Translations under genes and position numbers: made by a program
In this document: in pieces, positions 39,858 through 54,400 of the stretch
How the letters are laid out: every line of letters begins with the position of its first letter
Numbering within the stretch: position 1 is the first letter of the stretch
Origin: Rotaria socialis
Lineage: Eukaryota
Length of the DNA: 64,000 nucleotides
NCBI GenBank assembly: GCA_905331295.1
Contig: CAJNYD010000293.1
Location: forward strand, 62,001-126,000
Direction: 5' to 3'
The notes under the pieces: model-generated
Databases searched by the model: none
What the model was told of the DNA's origin: nothing
What the model saw: only the letters and a program-made list of their open reading frames with translations

Positions 39858-40356
39858 GATGTATCTAAAAATTAAGTAAACTATTTTTTCAAAATATCAT
39901 TATTATTCTATAACTAGCCTGTTAAAATATCTCACATATATTTATTTGTTGAATAACTAATGATATAAAATTCAAATTTTAAATGAACGGCTGAAATTCT
40001 ATTTTCCTGAACCTACTTTATTGGATAAAATCAAAAAATTCATTTATTTTTCGTGTTTATGTTTTTTCTCCTACTTCAATTGAGTTGTTTTTAACTTGCT
40101 GCCTTTGCTAGATGAAATACCGCAAAACTTTCATTTGAATTTCTAGTAAGAGAACGTAAGATATTTGTTTCAAATAGATTTCGTTAAATCAGTTCTTTCC
40201 AGAATAATTTCATCACAAGCATTTGTGTTTTGTACGAATGACGAAACGAACTACCGTCATCTATCTTATTGGTGAAAAAGTTTCACCAATGACATTATTG
40301 ACTTCTAATATCAAAATTTTCTAATCAAGTTTCTTTGGTAACGAATTATTTACAAA
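39858..40356. promoter_or_regulatory. Putative bidirectional promoter between BDP1 (-) and PIGV (+)
   Basis: Head-to-head start codons are 500 bp apart, and an inverted CCAAT-box palindrome lies at 40268-40290. Confidence 0.55.
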
Positions 40357-41758
40357 ATGATTATGCAACGACTTTTATGGATTTATTGCCAAATTAGATT
40401 TGCACAATATCTACTTCAAGTGAGTTTAAGAAAATAAATATGAAATTATAATGCAACATTTTTTTTTTTCATAGTTCATTGCAAATGTAATCATTCCGGA
40501 TCATGATGCACGTGCCTTCAATCCACCTTTATGGTCATTCGACAAGGGCACAATCATTGATATTCTTGTTGATAAATTTTTTTCTGGTTTACGTCGTTGG
40601 GATGCAATACATTTTCTTCAAATCGCTCGCTTTGGCTATATCTATGAAAATTCATTAGCATTCTTTCCAGGTTATCCTTTACTATTTATTTCTCCATTAG
40701 GTTATCTATTAAATCAAATTTTAATTGAATCCAATGCTTACCTATTAAGTGCAATCTCAATTAATTTTCTTCTTGGATTTTGCAATGCATATTTATTATT
40801 TCAATTAGGATTGAAATATAATTTAACTTTGAATCATGCATATTGGTCAGCCATACTTTTTATCGTTAATCCAGCAACAATATTTTTTCTCGCACCATAT
40901 TCTGAAAGTTTATTTTTATTTAGCCAATTATTAGGACACTACTATTTAAAATCAGATAAAACTTTTTACACATGTCTATGTTTTGGATTTGGTTCAATAA
41001 TACGCTCAAACGGTATAATATCATTTGGTTTTATTCTATATTATTATATGAAAAAAATGTATCAAAGAAAACAACTCATTTTTCCAATACATGATTTTAT
41101 TTTATGTGTTTTACCATTTTTTCTAACACAATATTTTCTATACAAACAATATTGTTTTGAAAAAAACATACCACTTGAATTACAAACCTATGGTTTCAAT
41201 AACAATCTCTCAATGCCGCTGAGTAATTTCTCCTCCACATGGTGTTTACAGCGAATTCCATTATCATATCAATATGTACAAAAAGTCTATTGGAATGTTG
41301 GCTTTTTAAATTATTGGACATGGAAACAGATTCCAAATTTTCTCTTAGCATTACCAGTATTAATTTTCATAGGAGATTTTATTAAAACTTGGTTTAAAAT
41401 TATTCGAAAAGATTTATGGAAAAGAAAATTCGAATATCTTTTTTCGAATAGAATTGTCTATCAAAGAAATATTTGGTTTGAACAAAAGGACTTTTTTCCA
41501 CATATTATTTACATGTTATTTCTAAGTTTATTTGCATTATTTTTCATGCATATACAAGTAACAACACGTTTTCTTTTCTCAAGTGGACCATTCTTATATT
41601 TTATTTCTGCTGATAAACTCAAACAACATGATATTAAAAATAGAAATCTTACAAAGATTTTTTATTTATTCAAAATTGAATCATGTCTTTTTTATTACTA
41701 TTGTATTTATGTTATTATTGGAATCTGTCTTTTTTCGAATTTTTTACCTTGGACATAG
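40357..41758 (+). CDS. PIGV: GPI mannosyltransferase 2
   Basis: Exons 40357-40419 and 40475-41758: IIPDHDARAF, RRWDAIHFLQIARFGYIYENSLAFFPGYP, NPATIFFLAPYSESLF, RSNG, YQYVQKVYWNVGFLNYWTWKQIPNFLLALP, MHIQVTTRF and the terminal NFLPWT. Confidence 0.93.
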
Positions 41759-41839
41759 AAAAATAAAACAAAAGTAGAACAAAAAGAAAAGAAACGAAAC
41801 GATAGTCTCTCATTTTAGATTGAATTTAAAAAAACACGC

Positions 41840-44800
41840 ATGCCTCGAAGAACAGCGAATGGTCGACGTCCAGATGATTTGGATGAATTTTGGTTTGAAA
41901 AAATTGTTGTTACAACAAAGGTATTGAAATTAAGAGCGTATTTTAAATTTTAATCACACATGCAGTATTCAAATTCAATCTCGACAAAAGAAAAATTATT
42001 TTTGTGGTTATCTTTAGAACATAATCTTTCTTGATTAGGTGCAGATTTTAATATGGATTGTAAATGCAAACCATACAACAAATAAGTTATTATTCGTAGT
42101 GAGAGCGAGTGGATCAATGAAAGTATATGACATGAAAGAAAATTTTCATGTAATAATTGTGTTAATTAAGCTCTTGTTTTTGTAAACTGAGAAAGTTTCA
42201 AGGTACTTATAGTTCATAAGAAGAGCATGATATCATTAAAATAGGGCGACACATGAACATTGGATGTTAGTAAAGAAATTTATTTTTATTAGCTTTCCAA
42301 GATCTCTTCAAGTTTAAAAACGAATAGAACCTTTAGGTCTAAACTTATTGATAGCATGGGAAAAATAAATCTAAGACGAGAGAAATTCTATTGGAAAAAA
42401 ATTTTAACAAATTTCATATATTCGAAGTAAAAATATAAGAAGTAGGAGGAATAAAAGAGTAGCGCTGTAATGCGGACCATTTATGACAAAGAGCAGAAAC
42501 AAATTAAGTTATCTACTTCTCTAAACTTCTTTTCATCTTCTGTCCTTTAGACAGAGGCTTATCTGAAAATATGTCTTTCTCAAGATATTTATTACTCGCA
42601 AAAATTGGTTACTTGCTAAGAGAGAAAACTCTAATCAGGCGATTTTGCACATGGAACATCTAGAAAAGAAATATATTTCACTTTGTTGAAATTTTGACAT
42701 CTATTCATACTGAATACCAAGAATACGTATAGGAAAATGTACTTGAATTAGTACAAAATACGCCCTCTCAGTAAACAAACAACATATTTGCACTAAAAAG
42801 AAATATAATTTATATGCAATGGGTATTTTTGCCGTTGAAAAGATAGAATTGAAATCGAAGAAGTCCTTCGATCAAATAGTTGATTAAGACGAAGAAAAAG
42901 CGTTGCATATCAGTGTTTACGTAACGAGAGGAAAAAAAGATTTCTCGTAAAAATTTATTAAATATGATCGAATAACACCTTGAGTTTTTTCAGGGATGTC
43001 TGTAGGTGTTCTTTTGACAGTGACGATGTGTTTAAACAATTTGTGCGATGAAAAACATGCTCCGCTTAATAATTTATTTGAATCGTCAAGAGTCAAGAAA
43101 AAAAGAAGTCATTTTTCACAGAAGTTTTACTATAAAGTGAGAAATCAATTTTTCTTATAAGAATACTATTGATGAAGCGTTTCATTTCTAAATTACTACT
43201 ACTGATCGGGAGAGACAGCATTTTTAAAGTTAAAATTTACATTAAAATAAGAAGAAAATTCCTTGAATACATATACTATCTTATTTATTTAGACTGCTGA
43301 AGAAATTCGTGAACATACCATTGCAGCAGATCTTTCCCCTGTTGCTAAAACATTAGCTATGCTTGAGTATAACTATTTTTTTTATCTAACATAAAATTAA
43401 TTGAATACTGTTTTCTGAATAGTTCTCGTTCGGATATTCAACGTCTTGCTGGCATTCGTTCTATTTCATCTGTGATTATTTCTGATCGAGACGAAACTTT
43501 TAATCGTATATTACCGAAGTTTAAAGTATTTCAATTTTGAAAATGTTATCTTTTTTTGTTTAATGATTATTATATTTAGGCTATTATCGAACAAACACTT
43601 GATAATGGAGAACATTCAGTAGCAGCAGAAGCAATCGTTTGTATGATAGAACAGAAATTGTTATCTTACTCGGAATTTATGTTATTATTTTCACCGATGA
43701 TTTGCAAATTTGTATTTCCTACTACAACAAATCGTTTTTCAACGGGTTCGTAAAATAATACGAACGGATGAAATCTTAAAATAAAATGTTTGTTTTTTTT
43801 TCTCCAGATTTTGGTCATATATGGTGCCAAGCATTATGCAATATAATTGACGCTTTCCCAAATACAACTTCAATTAATTCGGTTTGAACAGTTGTTAGAA
43901 ATTTTTCAAAATTCTAATTTCTCCTATTTGTATAGCTACTTGATTTAGTTTTCAACCATAGTTTACATGGTTCATATGTTCGAGACCGATTGGCAATAAT
44001 CCTAGCTAAACTATCAACTCGATTGAATGCCCAAACGTACGACAGAAAACAATGAAATTCAATCGAAAGTTTTTGTTCTCATTTTACTAGAATCGAAAAT
44101 CGTTTGTTGCCTGTATTCAAAAATTTCATCAATGATACCAATTCTGACATTCGTGCACTAGCTTGCCAAGAACTACCGATTCTTGCCCGATTATTCGAGT
44201 AAGATAGTTCAATATTTTTTCTCTTTATTTTATTTTTGTAAAATGCAATCGACACGAAGTGAAGAGTTTGGGTTTTGTATTCTCCATAGGCAATAAACTA
44301 ATAGGTATAATATACTAGTTTTCATAGTATTCACGACACTATATACATAGTGTTTTTCATTTTCGTCCCAGAGTGATTATGTCAACAGATTTGTTTTCTT
44401 TTAGTTAATGTCACGAGATTAAATTGTAAAGTCGAAGCCTGTACATTTGCAGTGTCAGCGAAAAGACTTAAATACACGAGAGAGTGGAAAAGCGTTTTTC
44501 TATCGATAGCACTAAGTATTTTCATACAGATTGATAGCTTCTCTTCTTCTACGGGAGTATCCTACTGGAATGAAGATTGTTGAAATATTGCCAAAACTAA
44601 CCGAACTATCTTGTATGAACACTTGATTTGAAAAGTGGATCATTGCATCTAGCAGTTTGATGCCGAACATTATTGATTTTGTCAAATTGAGTTTCAGCAT
44701 GTCTGAATCTGAAATGTATTCGTTTCAATCGAAATTTTAACAGAATCTACTATTATTGAATAAAAATATCTGACGTAAGTCAAGAAAAAGGATCTTAAGA

Positions 44801-47800
44801 TTTGCTACTTTTCAAATATTTTTGATAGTTTTTCAAATATTCACTTGAGAGTCGCTTTTAATTTTGTGAATCCCTATTCGATGTTTAGATCAAATCAAAT
44901 GCTCAATTTGATATTACCATTATTTGTAATATTATCTAAGGATGATAATATAAATGTACGACAGACATGTTTCGAATCGTTGCTTGATCTAAGTAATAGT
45001 TTGAATGACTCGAGATCTATTGAACAAGTTAGTGACATGATAATTGCACTTATTAAATTTGGTTTATCATCACGAACGTTGAAATTTGTTTCAACAATAG
45101 CGATACGTCTGCACGATTTATGCCATGCACTGACTAGTAAGACAAAAAGATAATGAAAATTTTCATAACTTTTCATCTTTTAAAGTTTTTCGTGTTGATG
45201 AATATCAATTTATTCGTGAAACATTTTTACGGTTAAGTCAAGAAAAAGTAAGAGAAAAGCCAAAATGTATATATGCATATTTAATTTTGTTTGTACGTTT
45301 AGCAATATTCAGAGTGCCGATTAGCTTGTGCAAAACATTTTTCGGTAGAAAATATTTTGTAAATTATTATTTATCTATGAGCATGATTTTATTTATTTAC
45401 TAGTCCGTTATTGATTATCTTGGTCCAGATGAATTAACAAATGGATTCGAAGAATTATTTTTCGAGCTATGTAATGACAATGATACAAAAGTTTGCGCGA
45501 CGATGTTGTCAACAATAATTAATGTAAGTAGAAGAAAAATTTTCAAACAAGAAAAATTTATTTTTAGAGTTGTTTGTGAATATTGTCTCGATAGGATTTC
45601 TTTTTAGCTTACGAAATTGTGCGATGATAATAAAGAAAAGAAATATATGTCAACGATATGGAATGGTTTTGCATCATTATTAAGCAATTCAAATCTTAAT
45701 GTTATGCTTTCGATAGCAACCAATTTATTAAATATTTTTATTGCATATTCAAGAAATCAAGAGGAAGGTTTTGCGCACGGATCAATTTGTTCGACGCCAG
45801 TGGTAAGAAAGAAAAAAGACTCTAGGCAAATATTTTATCATCGCTTTAATATTTAATTTAATAATTAATTTCAGAATGACTATACAGAAGTTTTATTTGT
45901 CTAGGGTGATGTTTAGAATTTTGTATGCGCAACACAGTTTTGACTATTCATGTAGAAATGTTTCTTTTTTTCTTCTGCTTCTAGTTTAAGGTCACAACGT
46001 TATATTCAGTTCTGAAAAAGGTACTATATTTAGATGTCATGAATCAGTTAGTTTACCGTGAAAAATCAGTTTTCTATTATGCTTCATTATTTTATCAGTA
46101 TTAACTTAAATAGCGAAGACTGTTTTCTTCTAAATCAGGGCGCATGAAAATTTATATCACTGTTAATTACTGGTTCGGCGATCGAAATATAAAACCTTCA
46201 AAAAGAAAATAGAAAAGATGGCATTCATAGGTTTATAGGAATTAGAAAAGGTAAGTTTATCAGAAGACATGTATTTTCTCATGTGATCTTCCACAGTTGA
46301 TGAATATTATTGTATTATTCTGATGAAAAAACTTAACTTAATAATAAAAAAAAACTAACTGCAATAGAAAATCATTACAAAACGATAAATCGGTCTCGAT
46401 TTGAAATTGCGTACATTATTTAGAATCAGAGTAGCCTATAGATATCTTTTAAAAGAGTTCCGACTTGTTTATTTTGAGAAAATATGGCTTGCATGAAATC
46501 TTTTTAAATCAAATTGTGCGATAATCTCAAGAACATCTGGAAAACTGGTTTGTAAATATCTACCGAAAATTTTGTAAAGATATGCATCCTAACAATATTA
46601 TTTTCGTCTCCAATTTAAAATTGATTTCTTTTTCTAGTATTCTTGAAGCGTTCTATAAAATTCTTTTAACAACTAACTGACGTATTTCGACTGGAATAAT
46701 TTTGAAGCCTGAACTATTTTCAAATTAGTTTAGGTTCAGTGAGCTATATCTGATGTATGAAATTTATTAATCAGAGAAATTTCTTGATAATTCATATACT
46801 GTTCTATTTCAGTTGTTTTCTGAAAACTGTCCCATGAGACTCAATAGAATCTATACTCAACGGAACTAAACTTATTTTAGTTTTTAGTGTGTAATTGATT
46901 CACTTGATATTAAAAACTTACAGATAAATTTATGAAATTGTCAATTGAATAGATCTATCGAAATTATAAACGGTGTGATTCTATGATTAAGAATGAAAAT
47001 AATAAATTTTAAGAAAATTAAAAATAGTTGTCTTCTTCAGGTTGAATCGAATCTAAGAATTGAACTTGATTCTTTTTGTGCTGCAAGTTACGTATTAATA
47101 GGAGATTTGTTTTTTTTAACAAAACAACATCGTAACCGAAAATGTCCGTATTGTACTGAATGCTTCTTATTCGTCATGAAACTAACGCTATTTTGAGAGA
47201 GAAAACTCGAATAATCTAAAGTAACCGAGAAAAAAATATCAAATAGCAAGACTATCCGTATACATCGGCCGTGTGGTGCATTTAAATTCCTCTCCTATCA
47301 GTTATTCTTATTAAAGACTGTTGCATGTTGCTAGTTTTTCTATCACCGATTTGCAATGAGAAAATACAGATTTCATTTCATTGCATACCATTGTTAATCT
47401 CAAGTGGTAAATAAGCATAGAAAATCTCTAACCGCATGATAAAACATACGCATACATCGTACTTAATTTACTCTAAAATAATCGCGTTATTGTCTTTCAT
47501 TTATTTCAATGTCGAAATAAATGAAAGAAACTTTTGAAAATTTCGAAAAATAAAAAATTCAATTCTCTCTTATTCTTCATAAAAATTCGAGTATCATTTG
47601 TTTATACATTATTTATAGTCAATAAGCCATGCGATACTGTAAACTCTGTATTTTCTCATAGCAGACTGATTTAATAATACAGATACATGCAATAATCCTT
47701 AAACAAAAACAACCGACAGACAGATGATAAATTGTATCGTAGAGTCAAATTCATTATAAAACAAAGAAATGTTCGAATAAATTTTAATAGATATCCGATT

Positions 47801-48903
47801 CGGACAGATTTATAAATCAACTATTGGACTATGAACGACAAATATTTGAAACAACGCTATCATGGCGTTCATGTATATTATGTTTGCAAGCGTTTGCTCA
47901 TTTACCATATTTATTATCAAGTGAACAAATTCAAACAAAAATTTTACCACGTGTTTTTCAACGTATCTATAGTGTAGGAGAATTTCTGGTTTTTTTTGTT
48001 CTCGAAATTTTGTTATTTCTGTTTCTAGAAACAAGTTTGTGTTCGTGATACCGCTGTTGATATTTATGTTCAATTATTAAGAAAAATTCCTCGCCGATCC
48101 ATACGAAGAACTGCATTTCAAAAATTAAAAGCTGAATTTCTATTAAATAAATCTTATCAATGGCGTATTATGTATATAAAAGTGTGTCGACAAATTCTTG
48201 TTCATTATTCCAAACGATTTTTTAAAGAAAATTTTCTTGATACAATTATTTCTATTGAATATGATCCTGTTTTAAGTGTAAGTTTCATGGAAAGAGAAAA
48301 TGTCTGTTGTCTAATTATCATATTTTATTCCAGGTTCGAATTCAATTAGTTCCATTGCTTGTTGAAATAAAATCAATTCTTCGTTTACCAGCCGATCTTC
48401 AATCAATATCAAAAATTGAAACAATGATGGAATATTTTCTTGCCGATAAAACTTTAACATTGCATGATCTGGCTAATAATGGTCTTTTACAATTAGATCA
48501 AATACGTTCCTATAACACATTATCGTTATCGAACCATTCAACAGATGATAAAAATGATCAACAAAAAGAAAACGAAGAGTATTTTCTTGATGAAATCGAT
48601 ATATCATCACGTCGTTCATTGAATAAATCAAGTGAGCCATATTCAATATCGAAACGTCTTACAGATACATCAATATCAACTAAACAACAAACATCATTGC
48701 GAACTTCACAATTGTTAAAAACTTCAGCAGATATTCATCGGAGAAAATCATCACTACCTACAGATGCACATCATCAAAGTAAAGATAATAAAGTATCTGT
48801 AACAAAGCAACGCCGTGGACAAACATTTACTGATGCTACAACATCATCGCGATTAATACATCAAACATCAACCAAGAAAAATTCGAAATGTAGGACGCGT
48901 TGA
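41840..48903 (+). CDS. PPP4R4: Serine/threonine-protein phosphatase 4 regulatory subunit 4 (HEAT repeats)
   Basis: Exon 1 41840-41920 joins K|TAEEIREHTIAADLSPVAKT...DIQRLAGIRS...ETFNRILPK. Later exons give WRSCILCLQAFAHLPYLLSSEQI, KSYQWRIMYIKVC...YSKRFFKENF and DPVLS|VRIQLVPLLVEIKSILRLPAD, all paralleling PP4R4. The exact stop is slightly uncertain. Confidence 0.85.
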
Positions 48904-51413
48904 TACAAATGATTTATTGTTATTAACATACCTTTTCTTTTTTTTAATATTGTCACTTCAGGAAATAGAAAAGATATGAAACGGCCTGTGAAGTGCAATA
49001 TAATTAACGATGAGCATGAGAATTACAACGCAGAACACAGAAAAACTTGTACTTAAAACACATTTTTTTTAAATCTATTATGCTTGAAAATTTTAATAGC
49101 AATATCAATAATTTGAAGGGAAAACTAACAGCTGTGGAAATCGAAAACAACGTTTATGAAACCAGATGTGCCGGGATTTTTCTTTTTCGGCTGTCTTAAT
49201 TCTTTTTCTTTTCTGTGTTACAGTAGTTGTGAGATACACACGTGAGAAGATAATGTGATTGTTGTTTTATGTATTCGTTCTCTATTTTATTCATTATGAG
49301 CAATGCCTGATTACCTTCGTGACTTTCTTTGTATTCTTTTTCTTTGTTAAAATATGTCATTGAACTGCATGATCACTAGTTGTCTTCATGACCATTATCG
49401 TTGACACCCTTTTTACTTTTTTTAAACATTGCTTATAGCTATCTAGCAAAGAACAAAGAATAAGTGAAGATATTTACATATCTATAACCGAATAGAAATC
49501 GATTGGCGTTAATGAGTATATATACACATTTATTTTATCACTGAAAGAAGAATAATGAAAAAAATAGCAATAAAAATTATGATGCTACAGGTAAGGTCAT
49601 GTGAAACACATAATCATTTGTGTATCTATGCACATTAGAAAAAAAAATATATAATTATAACCCATGCTTGATTGGTAAGCATTCACTAGAAAACCTGAAC
49701 CCTTTTAGCGTACAAAAAACAAAACCTCACAAAACGACTTTTATTCCTGTATAGAGGAAAGATGAATCCGGCACGCGTGTTAAATGTACATTCAAATCCG
49801 AAGTCTTGTGGTAAGCATTATAATAATGACATAGCAAATCAAATGTATCGATTAAGACAAAGAGAAATTTGATATTTAATTCAATTTACATGATGTAGTT
49901 CTCATGTGACATGTATATCATTATTATACAAAACGAAAATAGGTAATGATTTATATTCAATAGAGAATTGTGTGTAGAAAATAAAACATGGCATGAAACG
50001 ATTTCTTTTTTATAGCTCAGAAGGGAATAGATTGGATCGATAGTAAGTAACTATTAGCTTTCTTTCTTTTTTTATCATTATTGATAAATAACCTTGTCAA
50101 GTACTTGATAAAAGTCCATTTTTATAAATCAAAACAAAGAGTAAACGAATACATATAATTGACGAGCCGCGATAGGTTTAAATGTCCTTCGTCGGACGAG
50201 TTTTATCTGCTTGACAGTTATTTCAACTATCGAATTACGCTATTTTTTCTTCATAAAAATAATACCAATGTTTGCAAGTCAAATATTTGATATAGGTATG
50301 AACTTGTTTGACTTCTTTGCCTATAATTTATTGAGTGTTTTTCTTTTTAATTGAAGTGCTCTATTACGTTTTCTTTTGTAAAAGGATCATTTTGTTTATA
50401 CATATATATAATTATATATATATATATTTGTGTGTTAAGAGTTCGGTAGAGAAAATGAAAAAGAAAAAAATATGATATTTGTAGGTTTATTGATAAATCA
50501 TAACCTAAGAAAAATAGAATAAACCGTATAAATGTGTGACAGGTGAGAACCAATAAGAAATTTATCATGATTCTGTGGTTAGGCTTGCTAGATCAATAAC
50601 ACATATCGATAACTGACACAAATAATCGATCTTAGACAAGTGTTTCAGCGAGCTCTTTTTCTCTTTCTTGGCTTCTATTTGATCCCTTAATAATCACACA
50701 CGGAAGAAAATAAAATTTCCAAAGCGATGTTTACGCATCAAACCGGTGTTCTTTGCATGAGCGTATATCAATGCCATAGCTGAGATTTGGTTCAACTTCC
50801 TCGGAGCATATATTTAAATCTAAATTAGTCTGTAGATTGAAGATAAAATTAAAATCTTATTCATGAATTTAATAGCGTGTCAGCTAATACAATCATTCAT
50901 CGATGAATAGACGCAATATAATCAAACAACAATCAACAGATGAATTGAAACTTTCAACGTAAAACTTATCTAACGAAGCAACAATATTAGACGCAATCTT
51001 AGTTTAGATGTTGACATATAGATACAACTCGTTGTGGTTAAGTTAAAAACATTTACTAAGAAAGTAAATGCTTACTAGATAAAGAAAATGTCGATAATAA
51101 TTTGAATTCAATGTCGAAGACAAAAGCAAACCTTCAACAACAAAAAATAATGAAAACGAATCTAAAGAAAAGGACGCCTATTAACACCTTGGTATTATAA
51201 CGCATACAATCAAGATTTTTGTTTTACGTATATATATATATAAAGCTGAAGATTATTTTTTATTTTCATTGGATACAATCAAGAAAAGTGCGTGGAATAA
51301 TTCATTCTGATTCCTAGCTCTCTCTTTCATTGACAGAGAAAGAAAACAAATACTTTATACATATACATATATCATATACATATATCATATACATATACGT
51401 GTACATATATATA

Positions 51414-54400
51414 ATGGAGTAAGTACATTCTATTCATCAGACTTCTTTTTACAGACTTACTTAAGACAGGTAAATATACATTTTCTTGCCCTTTTAAATA
51501 TCGTGATGTCATTTTTATGCACGTAAAAGTATTTTCAAAATCAATTAGAATATAGAAATTCGTCAAACATAACACATAGTTGTTGATTACCTTTAAGATC
51601 TTGCGTATCAACGATAAAACTAGTTTGTGCGATGGATATAGTATCTGACAAGATTGATTCTTGATTGATTTCTTAAGGAATATTTAAAAAACTCTTTTTT
51701 TCTCCCCTATAGACTCAATAAGCCGGCGTCATTCGGACACGGACACAATGATGCAACCAATTCTCCGCGTCCGAGCGATAGAGGTAAGGTAAGTTTCTAA
51801 CTAAAACATAAAAACAAAAATTAACATCGTTCTAATTCTAACATGAACCGCTTTATATTTCGTTGATTCTGTATGTGAATTCAAAATAGTAAATGATAAG
51901 TTTGAAAAAGAAAGTAGATTATTTATCTTCAAGAATAGTGGGAGTGGGAGTCATTTTCAATGTTCTCACACGTTAAAAGAAAACCTGCAACTTTAGTCAA
52001 GGGTATTCGAAAAAATAAAGTCAGCTGCCTTTTCTAACCCTTTCCGTTGATTCTCGTATTGAATTTCATCGATGACAGCGAAAAGAAATAGCATATATGG
52101 TATTCAGGTATTAAAATATTAATATATACTAAATACTAAATACATTGCAAGAAAAACGTAATTAATTTTTTCTGTTTGAATTTGTTTTTCATAGCCAACT
52201 AGGCAACCATTTAATTTGAGTTTTGCTGAAAATGATGTACCACAATTATTCTGTCAATTGGACGTGCTTCGTCGATCAGAAGAAGAATCGGAATATGCTT
52301 ATTGGAAAGAAAAAGCGCGGTAATGAAAAATTCAATTCATTTGTTTTCTAATGGATTAATTAGTTAATTTTTGTTTTTAGATGGGTACGTTTTGAAGAAA
52401 TAGCAGAAAATGTTCTAGGCCGCTGGTCTAAACCTCATGTAGCAACATTAATGCAAACTGCTTTATTAGATTTGAAAAATTTATTATCTAACGGGGTTAT
52501 TCTTCTGAATGCTCACGCAACAGATTTAGGCAATCTTTCACGTAAAATTAAATAGTCTAGAATAAATTTTTCCTTGAGAGAAAAATCTTATTGCTATTTA
52601 GAAACGATGGTCCAAGCACTTATCGATGCTAACTACATTGATGATGTAGATAATGCTCAAAAACTTCTTCGAATTCTTGGTCTACCACATTTTCATCATC
52701 ATGAAAAACGTTCTGTTATGAAAACTGCAAGTTCAGTTAGTTTAACTAAACAACAAGGCCTCCATCCAAGTCCAAGTTTTGTGATTAATCATTTATCTAA
52801 AAGAGGTTTTACATTTATTTGAATTTCTTTTTTTTTTCTTTCTATTTTTCTTCATTTAACTAGAAGATGAAACTGATATGATGCAAGATATGTCTGCACC
52901 ACATTTGATTAGTAAACCATCAAGTCATGATATGGCATTGGATGAACTTGATGAAACAAATACTGCTGCAGTGACACCATCAGCGAAGGTAAAATGAGAA
53001 AAGAAAAATTTTCAAACCAAATAAACGTGTGGTTTGTCGTATAATACACTTGATTTGTAATAGCTAAAATCTGATAAGAATCTTATCGAGAATATTAATC
53101 AAATAGCTGTTCGATTGAAAGATATAAAAATGTAAAAATGATATTTACTAATGTCGATCATGCATGAAGAAAGAAAGTTCTGCATAATTAAAATATGAGA
53201 TAAGAATAAATGTTTTATTTTACGCGTTGTACTTGTAGGATTATAATACTAAATTACAACGAAAATTAAGTCGTAAAACTGAAGGTGCTTCAATATTGAT
53301 ATGTCCGGTGACATTTGTTCGTCAATCAACAGTTGTTGTTGTTCGTCTTGAAAATGCTCTTGAACTATTAGGAATGCTTGAAATAAAGTTGTATTCGCGT
53401 TTCCTTGTTCTTTTAATTGGACCAGAAGAAAATGAAAAACAATTGCTACAAGTGGGCCGAACAATGGCAACTATTCTAACTGATGATATATGTAGAGAAT
53501 TCGCTTATACATCCAAAGATTCTGCTGGTATCATGAGTATGATGGATAGATTTATGCAAGATACATATGTTATTCCACCATCGGAATGGGATCCAACAAT
53601 TCGAATTGAACCGCCATCGAAATATATGAGCAAGGTAAATAGAACAATGACGTTCTTGGAAGATTTCTTTTGATTGCACTTTATTTTAGGAACAAAGGCA
53701 GCAAGCGCCAGAAGAAAAAGCAGCAGAAACTGAGGAGATTGATTTAACTCCTCATGCAGATCCGAATTTAAAAGCATCAAAAAGGTAAAAATACAATTTA
53801 AAAATAATAACTTTATTCTTGAAAATCGAAATTGTTCTAGGCCGTTTTATGGTCTTTTCTGTGATATAAGGAATAAATTACCCTATTATGTATCAGATTT
53901 TACTGATTGTGCTAGTTTAAAATGTATAGCTGCTACAATTTATTTGTATCTTGTCTGTCTTTGTTCAGTTGTTGCTTTTGGTGGCATGCTTGGAACTGCA
54001 ACAAATAATTATATGGTAAGATGATCTTCTTACCTTTTCTAAACATAAGTTGATATGAGAAGATATTCTTTCGTGAATAAAAGAACATGTATGATAAGTA
54101 TGCATTCATCAGTACAGTGCAGTTAAAATGTTTGCAGGCACATCTATTTTAAATAAGTGAGTTTAATATTAAAATTAATCTATACTTCAGTTATGGTTAA
54201 TTTTCATTTAAAGAAAGCTTTAGCTCCATCGATTTTAATCCGAATTCGAAATTTATTAAAAGAAAAATGTCACTATTATATTGTATTGTCTGAATTCTAT
54301 ATTGATTCTTTTAGGCAACTATGGAGTGTATTCTTTCCGCTTCCGTGAGTGGTATTATATATGCTTTATTTTCCGGCCAACCGTTAAATATTTTGTCGGC

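Noticed and set aside
18090..41758. Functional GPI cluster (TMEM8/PGAP6 plus PIGV)
   Set aside because: The genes are 17 kb apart with four unrelated genes between them; there is no evidence beyond coincidence.
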